Below the pieces are notes generated by a model, which searched no databases, was not told the origin of the DNA, and worked only from the letters and a program-made list of their open reading frames with translations. A DNA stretch of 53,691 nucleotides from a virus (Duplodnaviria; Caudoviricetes), in the IMG/VR virus record IMGVR_UViG_3300030430_003901, positions 1-53,691 of that record; one strand, given 5' to 3'. The position numbers and the translations under genes are program-made. This document shows positions 22,496 to 29,949 of this stretch, piece by piece. Positions within the stretch are counted from its first letter, which is position 1; every line of letters starts with the position of its first letter.

Positions 22496-24097
22496 ATGAA
22501 TCCAAAAGAACTACACTTCGATAGTGATGGACGAAATAAACTGCTTAGTGGAATTACGAAAATAGCGAAAGCAGTTAAGTCTACTTTAGGTCCACAAGGA
22601 AACACAGTCTTAATAGAATCACAAGAACATACAGGAGGAATTACTGTGACGAAAGATGGAGTAACAGTTGCTAAATCAATAAACCTGTTGGACTCAGTTG
22701 AGAATCTTGCAGTAAGAATAATGAAAGAAGCCGCAGATAAAACCGCAACCTCAGCCGGTGATGGAACTACAACTGCTATAGTATTAACTGAATCTTTAGT
22801 TGCTCATGGTCTACAACACTTTAATGACCAAGTCACAAATAGAACTGAAGTATTAAAATTATTGCAGAGTGAATGTGATAATATAATTAAAAGACTAAAG
22901 AAGGATTCAAAAAAAATAACAGGCAAGAAACTAAAAGATGTTGCGGTCATCTCAGCAAACAATGACGATAAGATTGGTAATTTAATTTACAAGGTTTATA
23001 GTGAGGTTGGTAAAGATGGTATAGTAACGGTTGAGAAATCAAAGAACCATGAAACTTATTATGAAACCACACAGGGAATGAAAATAGATAGAGGATATAG
23101 TTCACCTTTATTTATAAACAATCAAAAACATGATGAGTGTATTTATGAAGACATAAAAGTTTTAGTAGCCGATGCAGAGATATCAAACATACTACAAATT
23201 GAAAATGCACTAAAGCCACTAATAAATAAAAAAGAAAAACTATTAATCATTGCACCATGCACAACTCAGTTTACAAATACTCTTGCTGCGAATGTAATGA
23301 AGAATGGTCTAAAGCTTGTAAGCATAGCACCTCCTGAGTTTGGTTACAGACAACATGAACTTATGCAAGATATTGCTTTGTCAGTTGGTGCAACATATTT
23401 TAGCGAGAAGACAGGTGACGATTTAAGTCTCATCCGCTATGACGACTTGGGTCATTGTGCCAAGGTGATAGTTGGTCGTGATTCTACAGTCGTCATAAAA
23501 GATGAGCATGATAAAAAATCTTCTGAGATAAAAGATAGAGTAGATGAACTTTGGGTTGCATATGAAAACTCAAAAAGAAAAGAAGATAAATCATTTATAC
23601 AAAAAAGAATAGCTTCACTAACCGGAGGTATAGGTGTTATGTTTGTGGGAGGCAACACAGACTTAGAACAGAAAGAACTATACGATAGAGTGGACGATGC
23701 AGTTTGTGCTGTGAAGTCAGCTTTGGAAGAGGGTATACTTCCGGGTGGTGGACTTAGCTTATATCATTTAGGGAATGAATATGAAGTAGCAACTATAGAT
23801 GAAGAAAATTTAGAAAAAAAAATTGCTTACGCAATTTTAGCAAAAGCTCTACAATCTCCCTTAGAACAAATACTTTCCAACGCAGGATATGATAATGTTT
23901 ATCTTGGAAAGAAAACAGAAAAGAACGAAGGGTTCGATGTTAAGAATGAGAGATGGGGAAATATGTATGACATGGGAATCATTGACCCTATGAAAGTAAC
24001 AAGGTCAGCTTTGCAAAACGCAATAAGCGTTGCTGTAACTTTACTTTCAACCAACGCAATAGTAACTATTAAAAGAAAACAAGATGCCAATATTTAA
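22496..24097 (+). CDS. groEL: Phage-encoded chaperonin GroEL
   Basis: AVKSTLGPQG, VTKDGVTVAK, AGDGTTTA, RVDDAVCA, EEGILPGGG, GIIDPMKV; lacks the GGM tail. Confidence 0.97.
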   Translation: MNPKELHFDSDGRNKLLSGITKIAKAVKSTLGPQGNTVLIESQEHTGGITVTKDGVTVAKSINLLDSVENLAVRIMKEAADKTATSAGDGTTTAIVLTESLVAHGLQHFNDQVTNRTEVLKLLQSECDNIIKRLKKDSKKITGKKLKDVAVISANNDDKIGNLIYKVYSEVGKDGIVTVEKSKNHETYYETTQGMKIDRGYSSPLFINNQKHDECIYEDIKVLVADAEISNILQIENALKPLINKKEKLLIIAPCTTQFTNTLAANVMKNGLKLVSIAPPEFGYRQHELMQDIALSVGATYFSEKTGDDLSLIRYDDLGHCAKVIVGRDSTVVIKDEHDKKSSEIKDRVDELWVAYENSKRKEDKSFIQKRIASLTGGIGVMFVGGNTDLEQKELYDRVDDAVCAVKSALEEGILPGGGLSLYHLGNEYEVATIDEENLEKKIAYAILAKALQSPLEQILSNAGYDNVYLGKKTEKNEGFDVKNERWGNMYDMGIIDPMKVTRSALQNAISVAVTLLSTNAIVTIKRKQDANI

Positions 24098-24221
24098 TCA
24101 CACATTTGAAGCTTTTCATAAAAGAGAAAAAGAGATAGAGGATGCAAAAAAGCTTTTGCTAAAAAACGGTTATAAAGTACAAAAATTAAAAAAGCATGAA
24201 CTGTCCACATTGCAATACTGA
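24084..24221 (+). CDS. Small protein, 45 aa (MPIFNHTFEAFHKREKEI...), not in ORF track
   Basis: Overlaps the groEL end and fills the operon gap. Confidence 0.5.
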   Translation: MPIFNHTFEAFHKREKEIEDAKKLLLKNGYKVQKLKKHELSTLQY

Positions 24222-24351
24222 AATAATTTGGGGAGGCGACCATAGCTATGAAGACTTTGCAATTGATGATGAAGACGGTATAGTAAGCAACTATACTTGT
24301 CCTAATGATGATTGTCAAGTAGAACTTATAGAAATCTATAACGCTATATGA
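24196..24351 (+). CDS. Small Zn-ribbon protein, 51 aa (MNCPHCNTEIIWGGDH...TCPNDDC), not in ORF track
   Basis: CxxC...CxxxxC; ATGA overlap with groES. Confidence 0.7.
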   Translation: MNCPHCNTEIIWGGDHSYEDFAIDDEDGIVSNYTCPNDDCQVELIEIYNAI

Positions 24352-24605
24352 AACCTATATCAAAATATATTTTACTCAACCACATAGAAGAAGAAGTAAA
24401 AACTGAATCCGGTATATTGTTAAGTGGAGACGAAGCTAACAAAAGAAGATACCATAAAGGCAAAGTCGTATCAGTTGGAGAAGAAGTAAATGCCATCGCT
24501 AAAGATGATGTAGTTTACTATGACCATCGAGGTGCACATACTTTGATTATAGAAGGTATTCAGATTACTGTTATTCAGGAGAGGGATGTAGTAATTGTTT
24601 TATAA
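24348..24605 (+). CDS. groES: Co-chaperonin GroES
   Basis: MKPI..YILL, mobile loop KTESGILL, GKVVSVG, DVVYY. Confidence 0.9.
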   Translation: MKPISKYILLNHIEEEVKTESGILLSGDEANKRRYHKGKVVSVGEEVNAIAKDDVVYYDHRGAHTLIIEGIQITVIQERDVVIVL

Positions 24606-24969
24606 AGTTTCTATATAGTTTATCCGTATATACTTTATCAGAAAAAGAAGTAGTAGGTATTACCTCACCATTTAGTTTTTTATATACAGAACTTAAAACT
24701 CTTTTTGATTTGAATGATAGTTGATACTTTGCTCGATGCTTACCAACTCTTTTTCTAAATACTTCTATCCACCCCTGCTGTCTTAATCTTTCAAATCTTG
24801 ATTTGTCCCAACTTAATAGTTCGTTAAACTCTTGAAAGTTTTCTTTAGAAAACCTACCTTCAGATTTTAAGAACAATAACATTTCCAAATCTGATGTAGT
24901 TAAATTATATTTCTTTTTGATGAAGTATCTGACCACACGCCAATACTTTAAATAGTCTTCAGATTGCAT
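24571..24969 (-). CDS. Winged-HTH (MarR-like) putative regulator
   Basis: YNLTTSDLEMLLFL...FERLRQQGWIEVF...YQLSFKSKR; the only credible minus-strand gene in the plus arm. Start moved to MQSEDY. Confidence 0.6.
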   Translation of the reverse strand: MQSEDYLKYWRVVRYFIKKKYNLTTSDLEMLLFLKSEGRFSKENFQEFNELLSWDKSRFERLRQQGWIEVFRKRVGKHRAKYQLSFKSKRVLSSVYKKLNGEVIPTTSFSDKVYTDKLYRNFIKQLLHPSPE

Positions 24970-25007
24970 TAAATTAAATTTAGTAAATTTGTACAAAGAT
25001 AAATATT

Positions 25008-25256
25008 ATGCCGGACTCTGATAAAGATAAAAAGAAAGAAGACAAGAAAGAAGAAAAAAAATCTACCCTTCAAGAAAGGCTTGATGCTATAGAGGCTGCA
25101 AAAAATTTAGCTATTAAAAATATTAATGCGAGGATTGCCACCGATGAGCCTAATAATACTTATAAAAGAAAACCAACCAAAATGCGTAAATTGGTAGGGT
25201 TAAAAAAATTCAAAGGCTTCAAAGGCGGAGGTAAAGAAAAACAAGAAGTAGTCTAA
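25008..25256 (+). CDS. Lys-rich small protein
   Basis: ORF track; follows a -7 element. Confidence 0.6.
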   Translation: MPDSDKDKKKEDKKEEKKSTLQERLDAIEAAKNLAIKNINARIATDEPNNTYKRKPTKMRKLVGLKKFKGFKGGGKEKQEVV

Positions 25257-25423
25257 TGTCTAAAAGAAAAAGCAAAAAGAAAGGAAATAAAATTTGCCCT
25301 GCAGGGATAGCTTGGGCAAAAAGAACTTTTGATAGATACCCGTCTGCATACGCAAACATGGCGGCAAGTAAATATTGCAAAGACCCAAACTATGCTAAAG
25401 GTGCAAAAAAGAAAAAGAAATAA
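25256..25423 (+). CDS. Lys-rich 55-aa protein with YPSAYAN motif (DUF5872-like N-part), not in ORF track
   Basis: MSKRKSKKKGNKICPAGIAWAKRTFDRYPSAYANMAASKYCKDPNY...; TAATG coupling. Confidence 0.7.
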   Translation: MSKRKSKKKGNKICPAGIAWAKRTFDRYPSAYANMAASKYCKDPNYAKGAKKKKK

Positions 25424-25425
25424 TT

Positions 25426-25638
25426 ATGAGTAATAAATGTAAAGTCTTAATTTTAGGAGAGAAGAAAGCTTATGCTGATAATGAAGAAAAAAGAAATCAA
25501 CAGATTCAGCAAATAAAAGATTGTAGAAAACAAAAGTTCGAGACATTCAAACAAAAATTTAACAAAGGTTTGAAGGATGTAAAAGGAATAGTAACGGGAG
25601 ATAAAAAAATTGGTGTATTGGATAATAAAAAAAAATAA
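25426..25638 (+). CDS. Lys-rich small protein
   Basis: ORF track; tight packing. Confidence 0.55.
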   Translation: MSNKCKVLILGEKKAYADNEEKRNQQIQQIKDCRKQKFETFKQKFNKGLKDVKGIVTGDKKIGVLDNKKK

Positions 25639-25640
25639 CT

Positions 25641-25766
25641 ATGGATAAAAGTTTAAGGTCAGTAGTGTCTCAATTAAAGAAAGCATCTAAGATGCATTTG
25701 GCACAATCTAAAATAATTGAAAAGCATATCAAGGATATGCAAAAAATGTCAAAGAAAAAAAAGTGA
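25641..25766 (+). CDS. Lys-rich 41-aa protein (MDKSLRSVVSQLKKASKMH...), not in ORF track
   Basis: Starts 2 nt after the previous stop. Confidence 0.55.
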   Translation: MDKSLRSVVSQLKKASKMHLAQSKIIEKHIKDMQKMSKKKK

Positions 25767-26035
25767 TAGATATTTCAATATATAAAAAACCTAATATTAT
25801 TGAACAAAGAATATTAGAACTTAAATTGAAACATCCATTATCACCAAAAGAAAAAATTAAATTACAAAAACTACAACAGAGTTATGAGTAAATTAAAAAA
25901 GCCAAGAAAGAAAAAAGGAGGCTTAGGTATGCAAAGCGTTATATATGGATTAGACAATAATCCAAACATAACTGCTGCTGACCCTAAAGCTAAATTTATA
26001 GCAAAAAAAAATAAATAAATATTAATAATAAAGTT

Positions 26036-26176
26036 ATGCCAACAGTAACAGTAAACGGAAAGAAAAAAGTATTCCCATACAACGCAGTAGGTAAAGCACA
26101 AGCTGATGCTTTTGCAAAACTACATGGAGGAAAAAAGAAAGACAACCCGGGCTACTACACAGAAAAAAATATGTAG
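26036..26176 (+). CDS. Small basic 46-aa protein (MPTVTVNGKKKVFPYNAVGKAQA...), not in ORF track
   Basis: AT-rich leader, tight packing. Confidence 0.6.
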   Translation: MPTVTVNGKKKVFPYNAVGKAQADAFAKLHGGKKKDNPGYYTEKNM

Positions 26177-26181
26177 CAACC

Positions 26182-26424
26182 ATGGGGGAACTCAAAAAGT
26201 GGAGAGAACAGAAGTGGGTTCGTATAGGAACCGATGGTTCTATTCTTGGTGCATGTGGAACGAGCAAGAATAAAAAGAACCCTGACCGGTGTTTGCCTTT
26301 AGCGAAAGCAAAGTCAATGACAAAAGCTGAAAGAGCCGCCACAGCTAAAAAGAAAAAAAGAGAAGGCGGAAGTAGAAGACAGTTTGTAAGTAACACAAGT
26401 GCCGGAAGAGTTAGAAACGCATAG
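26182..26424 (+). CDS. Basic protein, DUF5872-like
   Basis: LKKWREQKW...CG...CLP.AKAKSMTKAER. Confidence 0.65.
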   Translation: MGELKKWREQKWVRIGTDGSILGACGTSKNKKNPDRCLPLAKAKSMTKAERAATAKKKKREGGSRRQFVSNTSAGRVRNA

Positions 26425-26528
26425 CGAGGATTGGTATGTTTCACAGTACAATCGAAACAGAGACAGTAAAGATTGGGTGAAAAATTATAATGAGTTCAAA
26501 CAACTCATGAAATCTTTAAGTAAAAGAG

Positions 26529-26819
26529 ATGGCAGATAAATCTAAAATGAAATGTAATGTTGTTGTAAAAAGCGACAGAGCAGGTAAAAAGAAAATGGTC
26601 AAAGCTTGTGAGGGAGGTAAAGAAAAACTCATACACTTCGGAGCTACAGGTTATGGTCATAATTATTCTGCTGCTGCAAGAAAAAGTTTTAGAGCTAGAC
26701 ATAAATGTGGTAGTGCCAAATCAAAACTAACAGCAAGGTATTGGGCTTGTAAAACTTTATGGTCCGGACCGGGTGGAAGCAAGAAGTCTTCTCCGAAAAA
26801 TAGGCAAGGAAAATATTAG
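26529..26819 (+). CDS. Basic protein, DUF5754-like
   Basis: KLIHFGATGY...RKSFRARHKC...TARYWACKTLW. Confidence 0.7.
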   Translation: MADKSKMKCNVVVKSDRAGKKKMVKACEGGKEKLIHFGATGYGHNYSAAARKSFRARHKCGSAKSKLTARYWACKTLWSGPGGSKKSSPKNRQGKY

Positions 26820-26854
26820 TATATTTGTAAAATAAACTTTTTAAAAAATTAGAA

Positions 26855-27070
26855 ATGAAACATCAAGGTTATAACGCAAGACTAGACGAATCAATCGGTA
26901 ACAAAGATAAAGGTCCTAAAAGCCAAAGCTTAAAAGACCGTAGAGACGAGTCTAAAGGCGAATCAAAACATTTGACAGGTCACGCTTATTCAGGAGACCA
27001 CTCAATGAAAGAAGATAAGCACTATCCAAAAGATGTCCACGGACACTTAGGTAGTTTAATTAGTAAATAA
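26855..27070 (+). CDS. Small hydrophilic protein
   Basis: QGYNARLDES...QSLKDRRDESKG; follows a -7 element. Confidence 0.65.
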   Translation: MKHQGYNARLDESIGNKDKGPKSQSLKDRRDESKGESKHLTGHAYSGDHSMKEDKHYPKDVHGHLGSLISK

Positions 27071-27072
27071 TT

Positions 27073-27267
27073 ATGGCTGAAAAAAAAGGCTTAGGCGAAA
27101 TGATTAGCAAAGATAATCAGGGAAAGTTCACGGCATGGGCGAAAAAGAATATGCCGGGTAAATCTGTGTGTGCGGCAGCAAGTGCTGTTATGAAGAACAA
27201 AGATAAATACAAAGCACCTGTAGTCAAGATGGCTAACTTTGCTAAGAATTTCGGTTGTAAAAAATAA
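27073..27267 (+). CDS. Small basic protein
   Basis: GKFTAWAKK...ANFAKN. Confidence 0.65.
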   Translation: MAEKKGLGEMISKDNQGKFTAWAKKNMPGKSVCAAASAVMKNKDKYKAPVVKMANFAKNFGCKK

Positions 27268-27272
27268 TTATT

Positions 27273-27413
27273 ATGGGAAAATTATTAGTAAAGTTAGGCT
27301 ATTGGATTCAGAAAGTTTGGTGTAAGTTATTATGCAAGTGGAATTGGTTGATATCAAAACTTATAGTTGATGTCAAGGATTGTCCTGTAGCAGAATGCTT
27401 GTGTAAAAAATAA
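27273..27413 (+). CDS. Small Trp/Cys-rich amphipathic protein, 46 aa, not in ORF track
   Basis: MGKLLVKLGYWIQKVWCKLLCKWNWL...CPVAECLCKK; fills the gap exactly. Confidence 0.55.
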   Translation: MGKLLVKLGYWIQKVWCKLLCKWNWLISKLIVDVKDCPVAECLCKK

Positions 27414-27426
27414 TTATCTTTGTGCT

Positions 27427-27630
27427 ATGATATTGAATGGTAAATATAAAAAACCTTTACCTTACAAATCACCAAGAGCCTCAAGAGGACTTGGAGATAC
27501 AATAGAAAAATTTACAACTGCAACCGGAATCAAAAAAGTAGTTGATACAATTAGTGAAGCTACAGGAACTGATTGCGGATGCGGACAAAGACGGGATACT
27601 CTGAACAGGATATTCCCTTATAAAAGATAA
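27427..27630 (+). CDS. Conserved small phage protein (GLGDT...DCGC..R...LN)
   Basis: Motif pattern; follows a -7 element. Confidence 0.7.
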   Translation: MILNGKYKKPLPYKSPRASRGLGDTIEKFTTATGIKKVVDTISEATGTDCGCGQRRDTLNRIFPYKR

Positions 27631-27635
27631 AAGAA

Positions 27636-28148
27636 ATGGGATATTTAAAAAATACAATTAATGTTCAACACGCACAAGCACCGTTGGTGACTACTTTTGG
27701 GGATAGTCCAATAGTGGACCAAACCACAAAGAGTGTTGAGCTTACAATCAGTTCAGTAGTAAATGCAGATAGAAAAATATTTTGTGCTCCGTCTGTAGGA
27801 ACAGATAATTTACTACAAGCCGGTATCAAACCCGGAATGGTAATTATAAATGCAAACGGCTTTGGAAGAGAAATTGAAACTGTAGCTGATGATTTTATTA
27901 TTGTAAACACATCAGGTAACTTTTTTACAAATCAAAAAATATTTGCTTACGCAGCAAAAACGGATGGTGTTTTAGTTTATATTGGACAATGTGGTGCAGA
28001 TGCAGATATAGAAGTTGAAACAGCAGGAGGAGAAACAGTAAACTTTAAGTTTGCACAAGATGCGGCTCCACAAATATTACCTGTGCAAGTTGTAAAAGTA
28101 AACTCTGTAGCAGGTGCAGTAGGTAGCTCAGTTTTATATCTATTTTAA
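27636..28148 (+). CDS. Beta-rich putative structural protein
   Basis: Composition and C-terminal ILPVQVVKV motif. Confidence 0.55.
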   Translation: MGYLKNTINVQHAQAPLVTTFGDSPIVDQTTKSVELTISSVVNADRKIFCAPSVGTDNLLQAGIKPGMVIINANGFGREIETVADDFIIVNTSGNFFTNQKIFAYAAKTDGVLVYIGQCGADADIEVETAGGETVNFKFAQDAAPQILPVQVVKVNSVAGAVGSSVLYLF

Positions 28149-28217
28149 AATGAATTATTGGACAGCAGATAACACTACAGGAATTGAAGAATTAGAAGTA
28201 ACATATGAAGTAGTGTC

Positions 28218-28376
28218 ATGCAATTCGAAGATTTAAAACTTTACGGAATCAACTCTAGCGTCTTCGCAATATCTTTTACTGAGATAGAAATGGCATTGAA
28301 AATTATCCTCCTTATAGCAACCATCGTTTACACAGTCCAAAAAATTTACAACAATTCAAAGAAAGATAAGTCTTAG
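28218..28376 (+). CDS. Holin-like small membrane protein, 52 aa, not in ORF track
   Basis: MQFEDLKLYGINSSVFAISFTEIEMALKIILLIATIVYTVQKIYNNSKKDKS; TM helix plus basic tail, upstream of the endolysin. Confidence 0.55.
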   Translation: MQFEDLKLYGINSSVFAISFTEIEMALKIILLIATIVYTVQKIYNNSKKDKS

Positions 28377-28501
28377 TGGCTAAAAGAATTACATTCCTTT
28401 ATTCTTTTCGGCACAAAAAAAAGAGACCCGGGGTTCATTCTAAGAACGCAAGTCGGAGTCAAACAGCCTATAAAAAAAAATATAGAGGTCAAGGAAGATG
28501 A
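28376..28501 (+). CDS. Basic 41-aa peptide ending KKYRGQGR, not in ORF track
   Basis: GTG start overlapping the previous TAG; ATGA overlap with the SET gene. Confidence 0.6.
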   Translation: MAKRITFLYSFRHKKKRPGVHSKNASRSQTAYKKKYRGQGR

Positions 28502-28890
28502 GCCAAGACAAAACCGGATACCAAAAAATGTTATCTGACCTAAACTGTAGTGAAGATAAGATGCAGAGTGTTACTAATATGTTAGAGGTCATAAGCTTGT
28601 ATAATCCTCATGTAGAAAAAAAGAAGTCTGACATTCATGGTTATGGTATGTTTGCTAGGAAGACAATTAAAAAAAACACAATTATAGGATTGGGCACTAT
28701 TAACGGGATTTACAAAACAAATATTGGTAGATATACCAATCATTCTTCTAATCCAAATATTGAGTTTAAGTTTTTAAATAATGAAGATGCAATAGCTATA
28801 GCATCAAAAGATATTAAAAAAAACAAAGAAATTTTGGTTGATTACAAAAACCATATATTAAATCATAGATACTATGAGAGAGATAAATAA
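28498..28890 (+). CDS. SET-domain protein (putative lysine methyltransferase)
   Basis: SDIHGYGMFARKTIKK (motif I), GRYTNHSSNPN (RxxNHS), KDIKKNKEILVDY (ELxxDY). Confidence 0.88.
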   Translation: MSQDKTGYQKMLSDLNCSEDKMQSVTNMLEVISLYNPHVEKKKSDIHGYGMFARKTIKKNTIIGLGTINGIYKTNIGRYTNHSSNPNIEFKFLNNEDAIAIASKDIKKNKEILVDYKNHILNHRYYERDK

Positions 28891-29287
28891 AATAATACTG
28901 CATTGCTCTGCAACAAGAGAGGGCGATGACTCGGTTGATGTAGATGTCATTGACCGTTGGCACAAGTCAAGAGGGTGGCGTGGTTGTGGATACCATTATG
29001 TTATATTGATAGACGGAACCATTCAGTTTGGAAGAATGGTTGATGAGGTTGGAGCTCATGTGAAAAACATGAATAAATCTAGCATAGGTATTTGCTATAT
29101 TGGAGGAGTAGAAAAAGATGGTAAAACACCAAAGGACACTAGAACACTTGAACAAAAAGAAAGTATATTAACCTTGTTGTTGTTTCTAAAAAAATGTTTT
29201 CCTGAAGCAACTATACATGGACACAATGAATTTTCTACTAAAGCGTGTCCAAGTTTTAATGTATCTTCGCATTACGGAATGTTATGA
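28874..29287 (+). CDS. Endolysin, N-acetylmuramoyl-L-alanine amidase (T7 lysozyme-like)
   Basis: IILHCSAT, GYHYVI, GAHV, SIGICY.GG, GHNEFSTKACPSF. Confidence 0.93.
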   Translation: MREINKIILHCSATREGDDSVDVDVIDRWHKSRGWRGCGYHYVILIDGTIQFGRMVDEVGAHVKNMNKSSIGICYIGGVEKDGKTPKDTRTLEQKESILTLLLFLKKCFPEATIHGHNEFSTKACPSFNVSSHYGML

Positions 29288-29685
29288 AAGAAATATTAAA
29301 TAAAATTTTTGGTAAAATAGGAGGGGGTATTGCTGAGAAGATAAGCGGCATTGTCGCAGAGCATACTTTCAGTAAAGAAGAAAAAGCAAAGTTTGAAAAA
29401 GATATGACAGAAATATTTATTCAGGCTGAAGCAGATATGCAAAAGAATGTAACTGAGAGATGGCGAACAGACATGACCTCAGACTCTTGGCTTTCAAAAA
29501 ATGTCAGACCTATGGTCCTTATATTTTTGATAGTATGCACAATGCTATTAATTTTTATAGAAGCAGGTTCAATAAAGTTTGAAGTAAAAGAAGAATGGAT
29601 ATCTCTTTTACAATTAATTTTAGCAACCGTTATTGCTTCTTATTTTGGAGGAAGGTCTTGGGAAAAGATAAAAAATAAAAAATAG
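29284..29685 (+). CDS. Holin, 3TM (GTA-holin-like)
   Basis: ERW..DM.SDSWLSKNVRP, TM helices, YFGGRS.EK. Confidence 0.8.
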   Translation: MKEILNKIFGKIGGGIAEKISGIVAEHTFSKEEKAKFEKDMTEIFIQAEADMQKNVTERWRTDMTSDSWLSKNVRPMVLIFLIVCTMLLIFIEAGSIKFEVKEEWISLLQLILATVIASYFGGRSWEKIKNKK

Positions 29686-29714
29686 TATCTTTGTATAAAT
29701 TAAATTAAATAAAA

Positions 29715-29948
29715 ATGAGTAAAGAAGTAAAATTAACTGAAGAAGAATTAAAAAAGCTCAGAGAGGCAACTGATTCTTTAAACAAAGTAAAGTTAGCTTT
29801 GGGTAACCTAGAGGTTCAAAAGCTAGAATATTATGGTCAAATAAATGCTTTGACCCAACAGTTTAATAAGTTAGAATTAGAACTTATAGAAAAATATGGA
29901 AAAGACTCTGTCATTAATATACAGACAGGAGAAGTAAAAAAGAAATAA
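29715..29948 (+). CDS. Small coiled-coil protein
   Basis: Heptad pattern ending KYG...INIQTGE; directly before the tail fibre. Confidence 0.65.
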   Translation: MSKEVKLTEEELKKLREATDSLNKVKLALGNLEVQKLEYYGQINALTQQFNKLELELIEKYGKDSVINIQTGEVKKK

Positions 29949-29949
29949 T

